Positions 12,168-26,069 of a stretch of DNA of 64,000 nt are shown here, one piece after another. Location of the stretch: contig OZ286461.1 in the NCBI GenBank assembly GCA_965644265.1, forward strand, positions 98,890,001 through 98,954,000, in the 5' to 3' direction. The position numbers and the translations under genes are program-made. Below the pieces are notes generated by a model, which worked only from the letters and a program-made list of their open reading frames with translations, was not told the DNA's origin and did not search any database. Source of the DNA: Glycera tridactyla (taxonomy: Eukaryota). Within the stretch, counting starts at the first letter, position 1, and each line of letters begins with the position of its first letter.

Positions 12168-13412
12168 AGTGGAACCGACGCCTAAATGAAAGTCTGTTTT
12201 TCTCAATCAATTTGATATAATAGGTTATCTGACACCTATCCATCCAGCCGTCCCTACTAAATATCGTCACATGGTATTTTGATTCCAAAACGAAATTCGC
12301 GAAATCGAGCTCCTCGAATGTTTATTTACATTCGAGGCCGCCGCCATTTTGTGACGTTTGACTAGGAACACATGGGGAAGCCGCCTACCGGGGAATAACC
12401 CGAATAAAGCCAGTGATGATCAAGACATCGCATAGGAAAAAATTCGTTGTGCCTCAAATATTTGGTATCTGCTCTCGAAACTCACGACATGTGGGTAAAA
12501 CATGTGATAGAACATATCCACCATCTTGGGTTTGCGACAGAATCAGTATTTATTCGACAAATGGAGGGTGAATTCCAATCGATTGCGGCAAGAAAACTGC
12601 ATATCATGCTCGCGAGGAAGAAGACCGCCGAGAGGAGCCGAAGTGGAAAAGGGGCGGGGCTTAGCAGCCGAAAGCGCACGTGCACGCGTTAAAAAGCGAG
12701 CCGAACATTGCCGAAGCCGATTCGCCCAGTCTCGGCTCGATCTGAAAACGAGGCTGCGAAGCAAAAAATGGCGGCGTCGGGTGCTCGAGACGAACTTTGC
12801 AGTTGTATTTTTCTGGATTAAACATCGCTCAGCTACTCAAACAAGACGAACGATACACGGAAAGCTTGTATGATGACTATTTCACCATCGTGATTTTTCG
12901 TATAACGGGATTTGACGTATAAGTTGTGTATTTCGCTGCGCAAATGTGCGAGAGTAGTTGTCAATCTGCAAGACGAGAGTTTCGCCGATTTTTGGCCGAT
13001 AATTCGTCGTTCAACCTCGTGTTGTGAGAGAAATACGTTTCCAATCGTAAATCCGTGAATACCATCGCATTCGCAAAGGAGTTCTCCATAAACATGGCGA
13101 GTTTGACGATTCTATCTTCGAAATTGGCTTCGTCAGAATTGTTTTTCGTACACAATGTCTAGCCTTGACAGGCTTTCTCCATGTATTTCGCGTCGCGCGA
13201 AAGCTCCATGAGATCCTAGTACTACGTCACTTCCGGTTTCCTACTTTTCGCTGGCTGGGAAGCCGTAAGGAGAATTCGTCAAAACATCCACTGTTCGAGT
13301 CATTTCTTCGAATAATTGCGAACTTTCGTCTAGAAATCGTCACGTTTATTGTATAGTGTATGTATTACCCTTGCCTTTCGTGCAAAGTGGATTCGTTGGC
13401 GTCGCTGACACT
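12168..13412. mobile_element. Non-autonomous Kolobok-like DNA transposon (about 1.25 kb, CpG-rich)
   Basis: TTAA|AGTGGAACCGACGCC (12164-) and GGCGTCGCTGACACT|TTAA (-13416): TTAA TSD, imperfect TIR with RR...YY termini. No transposase ORF. Confidence 0.6.
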
Positions 13413-16400
13413 TTAAACATCCTCAAGTCGAAAATAATTCCCCAGATTGCTTCCAGATACGCCACCAGGCCTCGAATCAGTCAGCCAATCGGTTCCTTCT
13501 CTACAAACCATTTGCAAAATGTACCTGGTATGATTCAACATACTACAATATATGTTTGTTACTTCACGGTATTGCTCATATGATAAGTACCAGGAGAATA
13601 TGATCAGGCAATCCACAAAAAATCCTTAGTGTACGCGATCAAGAACAAATCATCCTATTCCACTATATGAAGGCGTGGAATGGTCTATAAATTTGATGTG
13701 CAGCTAAATCCACGTTCGACCTCATAGAAAAAAGGAAATTGTGTTCAGACAAATTGGTTGGGAATACTACTACCAATAAAAAGTAAACCTCTGAGTCTCC
13801 TATTTATCAAAGAGAGTTCAAAGTCACATAGGCATCAGTGCATTTAAAACAGATAGAAAATGCACGTTTGAAGCCCTTTACAGAATGTGATCGACAATGG
13901 AACTGGTTTCATGAAACTCCAGTCGATCGCACGGAGTATGCGCATAAAATTCACCTTACTCAATATGACCGCACAACAAAAGTGAGAGCAGTTCAAGCTC
14001 AGACTGGTACTATATTGCTGATGTGATATTACCTAACGTGATTGATGCGACGATTTATCTGAAATCATAATGTTGGTTCGGTATCTAAGACAAGTTCGAC
14101 GGACCAGGTGTGGACAGACAGAGAAAGAGAGAGGGGATGGGAATTTTGATGCAATTCGTGGTATGCTTTCAACATGGCCTCTCGCCAATATGGCACTGCA
14201 GGTAGTCAAGTATGAACAAATCTTATTAAGCAATCATCTTTCGATCAAAGATCACCCATCTTTTTCCAAATTGTGGCACCCAGCAGCCATAGTTGGCTTG
14301 GCTTCAATTTACTGCCATCCCGGGTTCAACCTGGGCTGGCTATGGCATTATCACCAGGGATTGACATTTCTGATTGGCCAAAGAGCATTTGCTGACATTC
14401 TGCCATATTTGGGCATTCGGCAATTGCACACTTCTTGTTTGTCCAACATAGGGTTATTTTAGTTTAATCTGAATTTGCAGATGCTTGGAGACAAGCAAAG
14501 CTGTTGGTAATTGAATTGCATGAATTGCACATAGAAAGGCTTCCCGAAACGGTTCTCTTCGAGTGTCCAACTCAAGTCAGAGGAAAAGAAATCGACAATG
14601 ATGATGTCAATCGCGAAGGGAAGCAGGTTGCCCATTCCCTACTGTCCTGCATTACAACTATTTTCCTCATCTATAGCCGTTGACATTTCAATATGGAAAG
14701 GTGGATGTGTTCCCCCAAAGGGTTCATATACGAGAAATGGTTGAGGCTCACTCCAGTCTGCTTGTTCTTCCGGATAAACTCTGTAAGCTTGCATATATTT
14801 CCACGACCGTTCTCGTATCATGCCACTTTCATGCTCTGGGTCGAATGGCCAGGACCTTCTTACTTTCCCGCCCGAGGAGCTGTGACCTCACCGCGACCTC
14901 ATGACCTAGAATCCTCTCAGAAGTTGCAGATGACAACAGAGCCTCCAGCGAGGCAGACCCAGGTCGCGCGAAACAGGTAACGCGGTCAGCAGTCAGCAGC
15001 TAGCGGCACGAGTGATTGGGATTATGAATGCCACCTGGTGACGTTTGCATGTGCTAACTTCCTGCTATGCAGACCACGTCAACTTGTCCGAATTTATGAT
15101 AGTTGCCGTCGACGGACCCATCAACATAACAAGACTGTGACATCCGGAGGTTAATTGACTCACGCCAGACGAAAATGTCGAGTCATACATTACGTTTTAT
15201 CGGACCAACTCATCAATTGACATGACCTCATGTGATAAAGTCCTAAACGCGAGTGAGGTGTGCATAAGTGGGACGCAGAATACATCTTCATTTCAGTAGC
15301 GGACAATATCCCGATCGATCTGAAACCCATTGACAGGGTTTGTCCCTATCTCTGACGACTCGAACAATGACTGTATATTCAACCCAGGGCACCAAATATG
15401 TCGATTTCATCCAGTTATTACATCAAGTGCGGTGGGAAAATCCCCCTTCCCATACTCACGAAACATGCCGATGATATCGACAGGATTGTCGTATTGCTGC
15501 TAAGGATTAAGGAAGAATTCTCTTCAAAATCATGCAGACTGTCTGTAATCAGATTCGATGATCCGATCATGCCATCAAAATAGTGCTCAAACGAAAAATG
15601 GCGATTTTACATCTGGATTTGATAGAGTCTTAGTCGATATTCATTGGATAATTTCTATATCCGATGGCATGAACAACCGATGGAAGGATGAGTATGGTTT
15701 TTCTGCAGCTTCTCATCTGATTGCATTCCTAATATTTGGCCGATGAAACAGGTTATATGCATATCATGATGAACAGGTCCTCGTATTTCTGTGATAGACG
15801 TGGGTGGATGGGTGTGTGGTAGTTCAGGGTATTCAGGCTATCTATAGCAGCCAACAATGGGCGTGGGGTACCAGAGTTGCGACGTGTGTGCTTTGTAATG
15901 CAAGCATAGGGCAACCATCATTGTAGAGCTGGCTCTTCGACAGATCATAATCATCATATTAGTTGGGTACCCTCCAAGCCAACACATTTCCTTATTTCAA
16001 GTTTTGTGTTTTCGATCAAAATGAAATCATTGCTATCAGGCTTGAGTGTCAGCCTCCAGTCACTTACACAATGAGATATATCAGCTTATGTCAGACAGGC
16101 AGAGATGTTTCTGAATTTTTGAATATACATGGCCCCCATCCTCTTGCGTTTGGGGTTTGTGAGAGCATCTAGATAAAAACCTGAAACATGGGAAATAATC
16201 ATCCACCAGACTCATTGACGTGCAATTGTTGTGCGTGTACTGTGTCCCTGCAGAAAGCCTATCACAAGCCGTCGATAAACATGGCGATATTGAAAATTTG
16301 CCAACGTTATCTGCTGTCACCGTGCATGAGCATATAACGATATGGCCACCACCCAGTAAGAATTTCTTGATCTCGACACATTTCGCACCCCAGGCTAAGA

Positions 16401-19400
16401 TATACAAGTGAGCTCACCCTGAGAACGATTCTTGTCTGTGCCCGTCACATTTGCACTGGACAGACTTTACAGATGGTGTCGTCCACCCTGAGCTGCATAT
16501 CATGCGAGCCACGTCACTACCCTGTGGATTTATGATGCAGTACCCAACAGAGAAGAAACATCCTGGGTTAATTGGATCATGTCAGGCTAAAACGTCAAGT
16601 CATCCATTATTGCTCTTGACTGTTACGTCCCATAATGTGACATTTCAATATGTCCTCCCCCATAAAACCACCAATTTATCACGTTACGGATAGAAAGAAG
16701 GTTGGAGGTCGCATGGATGTTTGTCGTGCATTGAATTCATATCGTGTTTGCCCATTGATAATGTCACACCTGCTACTGATCCCACTAGCAGAACCCATAA
16801 TCTGGCATGATATGTCTGATCTTTGTTAAGCCTTTGGAATCTGTCATAATCACCTGGCCAATCTCTACGTCAGAAACGCTCGTGGAACATCAACGGAACG
16901 GACACGATCCAGTGAGTTGCGGAAGGCAATTAAACTTCAACCATTTAACCAGTCTCGCGAGTATAACTGGTACATATAATTTGCTAAAGGGATACAACCT
17001 CGAAGATTCAAAAGCAGTTGTGATGTCACAATGGGAACCTGAGCTGACGCTGCTGGGTTGAGTGAATCATACATAGTGCGTCCCTGCCCCAATATCTGAC
17101 AGACTGATTCCCATCAATCATCATAGCAAACATGGCTGATGTGCTCATGGTTGCTAAGCCTGCTGTTATCAGGTTCCCATCAGTTGCCTGCCTTGCTATT
17201 TACGCATACTACAATTTGTGACGACATAAGCAGCAATTTACGGCGATAATGAACAGGGCAATTCTGTCAGGTCTGCTGACATTTTCACGCCTCATAAATT
17301 ACATCTGGAGGCATGCGCTCATTCAGGACACGTAGCCGTGTCACTCATCCTTCTATCAGGAAAGATGGTGTTTTCTGGGCTTATTACATAACTCACTAAA
17401 GCGGCCGAGTGAAGGTTATTGGTGTTAGAAATTGCATCATTCTGTCACAGATTAGATAGAGTCAAGCTATGTGTGAGCCAACCAAGTCCAGAGATTTCAT
17501 CAGCTACACAGCATTGTCGTCAGAAAATAGGTTTTCTCTGTATCTACTATTCGGACAAAATTCTGACCATACTACTCAAACAGAAACACCATTTTTTCTC
17601 TATATCTCTTTCTTCGCTCTCTCGTCGCCCCTCTTATTCTAGCGCTTGTATATGTTTTTGTGGGTGTGTCTGTCTGTCTGCCAACCTGNNNNNNNNNNNN
17701 NNNNNNNNNNNNNNNNNNNNNNNNNNNNNNNNNNNNNNNNNNNNNNNNNNNNNNNNNNNNNNNNNNNNNNNNNNNNNNNNNNNNNNNNNNNNNNNNNNNN
17801 NNNNNNNNNNNNNNNNNNNNNNNNNNNNNNNNNNNNNNNNCAGTCTTTGAAGCAATTTTGCGACGATGACGGATGTATTATTTTTATTCGGTGAGCCCGT
17901 CTGGGACGGTTTTGAATTGGTGATGGGGCAGCTTAAATTAATTTTCCAATGTGCATGGAATATGAAGTTAGAGGGAGAGGAAAAGTTGTACAAAAAGAGA
18001 AATTCTACTTGGTTTTGATGGATGATCGGGATTTACTCGTAGAATATTTCGTTCACGTCTACATCTGCGCTGGTTTGATGGTCTAACTAAGGAATGATAT
18101 CACAAGGCAGAGGTCAAAAGGGCATCCCTAGCCAATGTATTCTTCCTTTCCGTCACACTTACTCTCCCCCCTTCTTTCACATGTTGTTAATTGGCACCAA
18201 TACGCACAACACAAACTTCAGCTAACATTCAAAGTGTGTCAATATAAGACTATCTGTCGAGATGTATTTCTAGGCACTTAACAGGGCTCTTTCGCCTTTA
18301 TTCAATTCGTCTGACCAATTCGACAAATGCAATTCCACAATAAAACTGGGATTTCTCACGATCCAAATTAGTGACCCGAAGATGACTTGATCAAAAGCAA
18401 TTTTGACATAACTGTCATATTGAAGAGTCAAGACAGGCCCGCATTTGAGGCTCTACACGCGAATTCATCCAATTTAGTTTGGAAGGTTAGCAACATTCAT
18501 TCACATCTGAATTCGTCAGCAACCAGAAATCGTGTCATTTCGGTGAACGTTGTCCGAGTGTTGACAAGTTAAATCTGATTCGGTTGGGATGAAATGCGGG
18601 CAGACACATTGATATGATGACTAGAAATCGAATCAAATTTGAATATTCCATTCGCCAGGAGCTCCAGCAAATCCGTGTGAAATGAGTAAAGTAAAATCTT
18701 GCCTGGTGATTTGAAGCAATCCATTGAATGACCGATGTACTGCCTGGCTGCTTGTCAACACGTCGATGGAAGATACCAATCCATGCATATTCTGCATGAT
18801 NNNNNNNNNNNNNNNNNNNNNNNNNNNNNNNNNNNNNNNNNNNNNNNNNNNNNNNNNNNNNNNNNNNNNNNNNNNNNNNNNNNNNNNNNNNNNNNNNNNN
18901 NNNNNNNNNNNNNNNNNNNNNNNNNNNNNNNNTGGTATATTCTGCCATCCTGGTAATTTGAGCAATTAAACTCTCTTCCGGTTAGCCATATTGGCGTCAA
19001 CGGTCTAAGACAATGGCAAGGCAGCGTGCCTAGGTAACTCGATACAATACTTGAACGTTCCTGTCCCATTTTTTTTGTAATTATCATGATGTTTGATGAT
19101 GTGACGAGGCAAAGAGTAAACACGTCCTCTGGGTCGTGCGGCCGAAGGAAATATGAACTGTCTGGTTCAAAATCCACCTTATATAGGTCCAGGTAGCGCA
19201 TCAGTAGTTGCTGGGCAAAGATGATATGTTGCTTGACAACCGGTATTAGGGTGCCTAGCAACAGGCATTGTCTCATTTATACTTCCAAATATGGAAGTGC
19301 TCAGTCTGTGGAACAAGACTTGTTTTCAAAAAGGAAGGGCTTGTAATTATCAAGACCTTGAAAATTCCCAACATAAATGACAGTTCCCTCACAAAAACAC

Positions 19401-19445
19401 TGTTTATTGTGATGGGACTGTATAAAATCTCAAATTCAACAAATT

Positions 19446-19495
19446 TGACTACCATCTCCTTCGGTTTCGGAGATACCACTCCTCATCAGGCACGT
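19446..19495 (-). ncRNA. Hammerhead-ribozyme-like motif (type I topology) downstream of a Penelope-like endonuclease
   Basis: Minus strand: gtgc CUGAUGA GGAG uggtau CUCC GAAA CC gaaggagau GG UA guc. Core, stem II, 2-bp stem III extension and GUA site are present; stem I is only 2-3 bp. Confidence 0.55.
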
Positions 19496-20141
19496 AAAAA
19501 AGACACTGCCCTTAAGTCCCTATTTGATCCAAATTCATGGATAACCTGGATTTCTCCCCGTACTGTGAGATAGAAAGTCCCACATAACACCCATTGGATG
19601 TTGAGTGTTATTAGTTGCGAAAAAGAAAACTTATTCCTCTTCTGGGGGAGTTACCAATGGAAAGTTGGTAGACCCTCCTACCAAGGTGCAGGGTGGAGAT
19701 ATTATCCTCGGGTCTTCTTTTATTGGGAGCAATGGGGGCATCCCCACTTGCTTTGCGCTTTTGGTGTTACTTAAATTAGAATAACTTACTGGACGGTGGA
19801 ATTGAAACGATGGCGTCATCTATATTGGACCTGTTCTCAAAGGTACCAGTCTGGCTCCCGAAGGTGTGAAAGATGTTGTTCTGACAATTGTGACGAGGCA
19901 ATAGCCACGGGAGCAGACTGAGCCTGATGAACCTTATGGTCCAGGCATGAACTAAGGTCTGCCAGAACTGGGAAAAATTCTCGAGGACCTAATTCAAGGG
20001 TCTTATCATGTTGGAAAAGACTCTGTTCCCTTCTTCTGTGTGTTCGCCCTAAACCGCATCCTACATATAACAGCAGTGAGGAAAGGCAGAGGGAGGAGCT
20101 TATCCCCTCGGTTTTGGTTATGTAACATTGTAAAAACATTT

Positions 20142-20573
20142 TTAGCTTCTGCCCTTCTTGTAGTATTTCCAGTTTCTACTCAAGTGAGCATCATTAGTGA
20201 TTAGCATAGTGTTCAGCCCCATTTTTCGCTGAGTCCTGAGTCTGCTAATCCAATTTTTCTCAATCATAAGCCGGAGATTCTCAGTATATACGGCATTTGG
20301 ATTGGCATAGATGAAGTCTAAGATAAAGATCTCTAGATCTTGTACTCCATGGTGGTCGTTTTCATTAAAATGTTTGCCAATGTCATCACTGGTGACATTG
20401 CGTTTTATACGGTCAACATGACCTTGAAATCTCTTCATAAGTGTGGTTCTTGGAGGTTGCAAGTTTTGCATTGAATGCAGTATATCACATTCGAGCTCTT
20501 GCATGATATGTTGGTCTTGCATGTATAGGAGACCCCAGTGAATTTGCTCAATATTTTGCCACTCTTGTTCAGC
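20142..20573 (-). pseudogene. Penelope-like element GIY-YIG endonuclease remnant (frameshifted)
   Basis: One frame reads ...CKTNISCKSSNVIYCIQCKTCNLQ. A small deletion removes the YVG motif and the frame shifts to RTTLMKRFQGH...IGKHFNENDHHG..DLEIFILDFI...EKNWISRLRT...GLN. Confidence 0.85.
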
Positions 20574-21024
20574 NNNNNNNNNNNNNNNNNNNNNNNNNNN
20601 NNNNNNNNNNNNNNNNNNNNNNNNNNNNNNNNNNNNNNNNNNNNNNNNNNNNNNNNNNNNNNNNNNNNNNNNNNNNNNNNNNNNNNNNNNNNNNNNNNNN
20701 NNNNNNNNNNNNNNNNNNNNNNNNNNNNNNNNNNNNNNNNNNNNNNNNNNNNNNNNNNNNNNNNNNNNNNNNNNNNNNNNNNNNNNNNNNNNNNNNNNNN
20801 NNNNNNNNNNNNNNNNNNNAGCCGTTCGCAACAACCGGTGAGACCGAGAGTGGCGCGTTTGTTTAGAGCGCCTTGCCTGTGACGTCACCAACCGCGGTCA
20901 CCATGGTAGCACATGGCCTCCGAGGTTTGTCTCATTCTGAGAATGAGGTCACTGGGATTCCCTGGGTTTCCCCAAAACCCCTCAAGGGAATTCCCTATTC
21001 TGAAGTACTGGGACAATAATTAAG

Positions 21025-21082
21025 TGTTGTGGCAGCCTTCAGATCTCGGTTTCGGCCTTTAAAGGCCTCATCAGTCACCAAG
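21025..21082 (-). ncRNA. Hammerhead-ribozyme-like core upstream of the same Penelope-like remnant
   Basis: Minus strand: ugguga CUGAUGA GGCCU uuaa AGGCC GAAA ccgagaucugaagg. Core and 5-bp stem II are perfect; stem III and the cleavage triplet are degenerate. Confidence 0.5.
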
Positions 21083-21934
21083 GTTTTTAGTAGTTGTGAA
21101 AGGATTGCCGTGTATGGATATATTGCAATTGGGGGGGGGGGGGTAAGAAGATTGATTCGAAATAAGTCGCTTCCCCACCCACTCAACCGCTGACAAAAAT
21201 CCCAGTTTCAGTTGAAGATACGCGCAGTGAATGTTGACAAGCTCTGAAGCTGTGTAGGAAGTTTGTTAGGCGCAAGATGGCTCAGATTGATATGAAGAGT
21301 TATATCATGCGAAAGGCATTCAATATGTTGTAAGTAATAAACAGACTTCATGACAAACACCCTGCACTTCAGATTGAGTATCGTCGTAGAGGATTAGTAA
21401 GGGTCCTATCGAAATATATATGAGAGTTCTTACTTTACCGCTGGCACATCCTTGATGTGAATCAGCTATGATTCGACAAATCCGCTGTATTTTTCAAAAC
21501 TCTTATGGATGCCGGCTGGCTTCGGTATATTAGTTTTCCCTATATCATTTTATCAGCGGACAGGCATGAAGGCAGACTAACAGGCAGACAGGCAGACAGG
21601 CAGACAGGCAGACAGTCGGACAGACAAACCCAGGAAGAAAAAGGCAGACATACATATACACACATGCGCACCCTGACGGACCGAGCTGAATTCTTCTTCA
21701 CCATACCACACCCTTTTCAGGAAATATTAATATTTGCTTCTTTATTTCCATGATTTCTAGTCATTTGGATGCTGGACACATGCGAATCCTTCCCTTGTAT
21801 TGGTTTATGGTATCGATTTTGATATAGACTTCATGGCATGCGAGCCGGAGGTATGTTGGTTTGTAAAGTCTCACAACCAGCGTAGACTTAAATCTTGACA
21901 TGATTTCATCTTAGCTGTAGGATATTAGCTTATC

Positions 21935-22560
21935 ATGTGTACCATGTCACCCTATTACGATCACTACCACCAACACTACCATCACCATGACCAACACCAT
22001 CATAATCACCACCACCACTACCACCACCACCAACATCAACAACAAAAACATAATCATCACCACCACTACAACCACCATTGTCGCCACGACAACGGCGACC
22101 ACCAGTTGCATCATCACCACAACTACAACCACCATCAACACCTCACTACCACCATTATCACCACGACCAATACAACCACCACCACCACGACCAACACAAC
22201 CACCACCACCACCATGGTAAACAACAATTACAAGAACAGCACAATTGTAATCACCAGTACAACCAGCACTACAACGTCACCGCTACATCACTACAACGTC
22301 ACCGCCATNNNNNNNNNNNNNNNNNNNNNNNNNNNNNNNNNNNNNNNNNNNNNNNNNNNNNNNNNNNNNNNNNNNNNNNNNNNNNNNNNNNNNNNNNNNN
22401 NNNNNNNNNNNNNNNNNNNNNNNNNNNNNNNNNNNNNNNNNNNNCACCTCCACCGCCGCCGCCAACACCAATACCATCACTGCCACCGCCGCCAATACAC
22501 ACACCACAATCACCAACACAACCACCGATGACAATTCCACCACCAAAGAATCAACAACTA
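21935..22560. repeat. (CAC/CAA)n low-complexity tract, partly masked
   Basis: Direct reading; it produces the poly-His/Thr/Pro ORFs. Confidence 0.9.
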
Positions 22561-23080
22561 CAGAGCCGCTCTTCGACGGTCAACTTGCAGACTCTGTCTC
22601 CTGTCTCCAGGTGAGTGACTGCAGTGTATTGTGCTGGTGGTTGCTTGGTTGTTCAATGGGGGCAGCGCTATAAAGGCGAGCTTTCAGCTGTACCAATCGG
22701 ATTAGGAAGTGTCTGTATGATGTGGTTACACCTAATAAATCTCATTATAGATTTAACCTCATTAGCCTGTACGCTGATTCTCCGGATCAAGTGTCAATAT
22801 CATTATGTGCACGTACTTTATCGCATCAGTTGCGGATGGCCGCTAGACTTTATTCAGATGAATGGCCCTGGATTTTTGTCTGCTCGACGATTTTTTTATC
22901 TGTCTGAACCATCAGTCAGCAACTCTCCCTCTTGTCAGTGATCGATTTGGCCTATTCGCGGCTCGCAGTGACAACTGACCCTGTCTGTTATTAATGGGCT
23001 ACCCCCGTGTCATTTTTGGTCTATGATATAAGATTGAAGCTTGCCTGGTAATGTGACTTGTCTCAAGCAACTGAGGGATG

Positions 23081-23254
23081 AATCCACCTCTTTCACGATT
23101 TTCATGAGGGAAGAAGAGAGGAGTCTCCTTTTTGAATGATTCCACCACTTTAACGATTTTCATGAGGGAAGAAGAGAGGAGTCTCCTTTTTGAATGAATC
23201 CACCACTTTTACGATTTTCATGAGGGAAGAAGAGAGGAGTCTCCTTCTTGGAGA
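23081..23254. repeat. 58-bp tandem repeat, about 3 copies
   Basis: Unit aatccacc(t/a)cttt(c/a/t)acgattttcatgagggaagaagagaggagtctcctttttgaatg at 23081, 23139 and 23197. Confidence 0.95.
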
Positions 23255-26069
23255 ATTTGCTCACAAATTCTCTCATGTAATCATCGTCAATTATGTTCTT
23301 CATGAAATTGCTACCATTCAAGTGGCGTCATGAACATTTGATTAATGTGAGATGAACTCCGTGGTATCTTTATCCAACCTGATGTGTTCCATCTATCATG
23401 CAAATTGAGCAAATGGGCAGTTGAAGCAATTCAATCCACTGATCATCTAGTTTTTGGCGCTGATTACCAAACAACGCAGCTTTTCAAATAGTGTCATTGC
23501 TCTTACAAAATAGTCCCCTCATCTTTGACAGGGTGCGAAATAGAATATAACTCATTCTACTTAATCACCTAGCATCTGTCTGGGTGGAAGTAGCGCTCTC
23601 GATGTGAGCCTATCAATGACAGGCGTATGAATACAAAGGTGACATGAAATGTTAATCTCTTCATTCATATAATGTTATGAAAAAGCACCTGTGTACGACG
23701 TGTACTACGTCCATTCATTTATAATTCTTGCTGTCTAAATGTATCATCTATTGCTGCTGCTCATAGCTTACCATTTTCTATATGTATGTGGCTGAAAGTT
23801 CCCACCATACTTCTAAAAATTGTAATACCGAAAATTCTCCACTGTGCGCCTTGGCGCTCTAGTTTCTTTTATAGCTACATGTTGTGATTATGTCTTCTCT
23901 TAAAACTTATGCATAGCATGGCATTGCATTGTACGGCTATGTATTGAATATAGAACAGCAGTAGCACAGAAACTGTAATTGGTATTGGCGTGTATCGGTT
24001 GTGGTGGTGGTTGGTGTCGTCGGCGGCCGCGGTGGTATCATTGTTGGCTCATAGGATTTTCAGCATCTCATAACAGTTGATCGGCTTGTACCCCAGAAAC
24101 CATCAGTGAGAATTGCAAGGTCACGTGAGCTTCCATTGAGGACAAGCGAAGAGGTCGTGCAATCCCCACCCATGTCCATTGCATGAGCTGTCGATGATAC
24201 GCCACTAGTTCAGTGATAGGAGTCCGACTGAATTTGGCATGGTTTGCACGGGTCACCACCAGCTGGCACTGAAGCTGAGAAGCCATATCTATGCCACCTA
24301 GTGACGAGGCGAGGTAACAAGGATAGACTGATCCCCATGATTGGTAGCCGGATCAAGTTGCCAGCATCTTTCATCAGCTTACGAAGAATGTAAAAAAATG
24401 GTTGCAAATTAGAATGAGCTTCCTCGAACCTCAGGCACTAAGACCAGGAAGCCATTCAGGTACCAAGAACAAGATGCATTCATATAATGAGCTCGGGTGC
24501 ACCTCTTGTAAGCACCTTAATCACTATATATGAGCGTATGGGGCAGAATGCTCTAGAATTGCGAAGCTGGAATGTGGCCCACAACTGGATGTGCTTTGAG
24601 GAAATATATATGTCACTAGGATCACGAGTAAGTCGTCGAAACACACATCATCACTCAGTCACCCCAACACATTTCATAGACCATACGGGCCATTCAGAAG
24701 GAATCGAATGCATCCAGTAATCAATATATCTGAAAGCTCAGCTATATTTACGGAGGCCACTTTGTCTCTGAAAAAAGGGCGGTCCTTGCCCACATGTGTG
24801 ACGGTGCTCATGAATTCTACCTGCCTGTGAAGCATAGCAAGCAAATAACAACCCTTTTCAAGAGGAAATTTTGCAGCCAGAAGCAGCTTATTCATTACTG
24901 TCTCTTATCCAATTATAATTAATGGCGGGCGAGCATCGAAGCCTCGATTGCTATATGGCAGAACTACAATAGTTTATTGTGTATCAATATATGGCCCAAC
25001 ATTTTTCTGTAATCATCTTAAAGATTGTCATAGGCTCTGTGTCAGTTGTATTTGGTTAATTCAACAAACTTGGAAAATTCGATACTTGCAGTCATCAGTA
25101 CATGAACGATTTTTCTCCTCAAATACCAGTCATATCAAAACCTGAATCAATACCTGAAATCAATACCTGAAATCACACATTGAGTGCCTGTGACTTTCCT
25201 ATGAGTTCACCTCTTATCAGGGACTTCCTGGAGAAGACTTGGACGATTCCATTCAACCCCCTTGCATCGGCGTCTAAGGAACGTCCAGATGGTGCACATT
25301 AGGCGTGGAACAATCAACAAATCAGGCATATCAGCTCATGTCGTAATCTCTGTGTCGGTAGTTGTAATGGGAAGGCCTACCAACGACTGTACTTGCAAAT
25401 TTGGTTGGGGTGCGATAGTATTCGCAAACAGAAATGTGATAATGATTGTTCCTCTTGAAAATTCGATGGAAGTTGTCAGGTTCACGTGGTGATCTGCACA
25501 AACGCCCTAGACACCAGATGCAGAGAGTGCACAAAACTGCGACACCCCCTCCCCGAAAAACATGATACAGTGGCGCCGACACTGATTGGCTTCACAGAGA
25601 AGATCGAGACAAACCAGACAGATCCAAAATGGCGACATTCACTTATAATGATGCTGCTCAAAATTTGGCGCTCTCTCCTCAAATATTCGGCGTATTCACA
25701 ACCAGGCGGCGAGGATCCAATGTTTAATCTCATGGCTGTAACTCTGATATCCCTAGGTTAACGTCACCCTGAAATACTGGGTATGTATTGGCGAAAGTCA
25801 GGGTCTGAAACGCCGATTGGCTTGTTAGGTATCAGCTCGGGTTGGCAATTGGTCTCTAAGAAACAAGGTGAACTATCGTGAAATTTCGCATATGCAATTG
25901 ATGCAGGTGAAACAGAATTTCCTTAAGTGAGGGCTAATTTCTTAAACGGTGCTAAAAAATGGGGGCAAATGCAGATGTATAGCATTTTGGTTTATTCCGT
26001 ATGGCAGTGGGTGAATAGGAATCCTGTGAGAACTAGGAGCAGTATAGATTCAGGGAGCAGTCTGGATTC

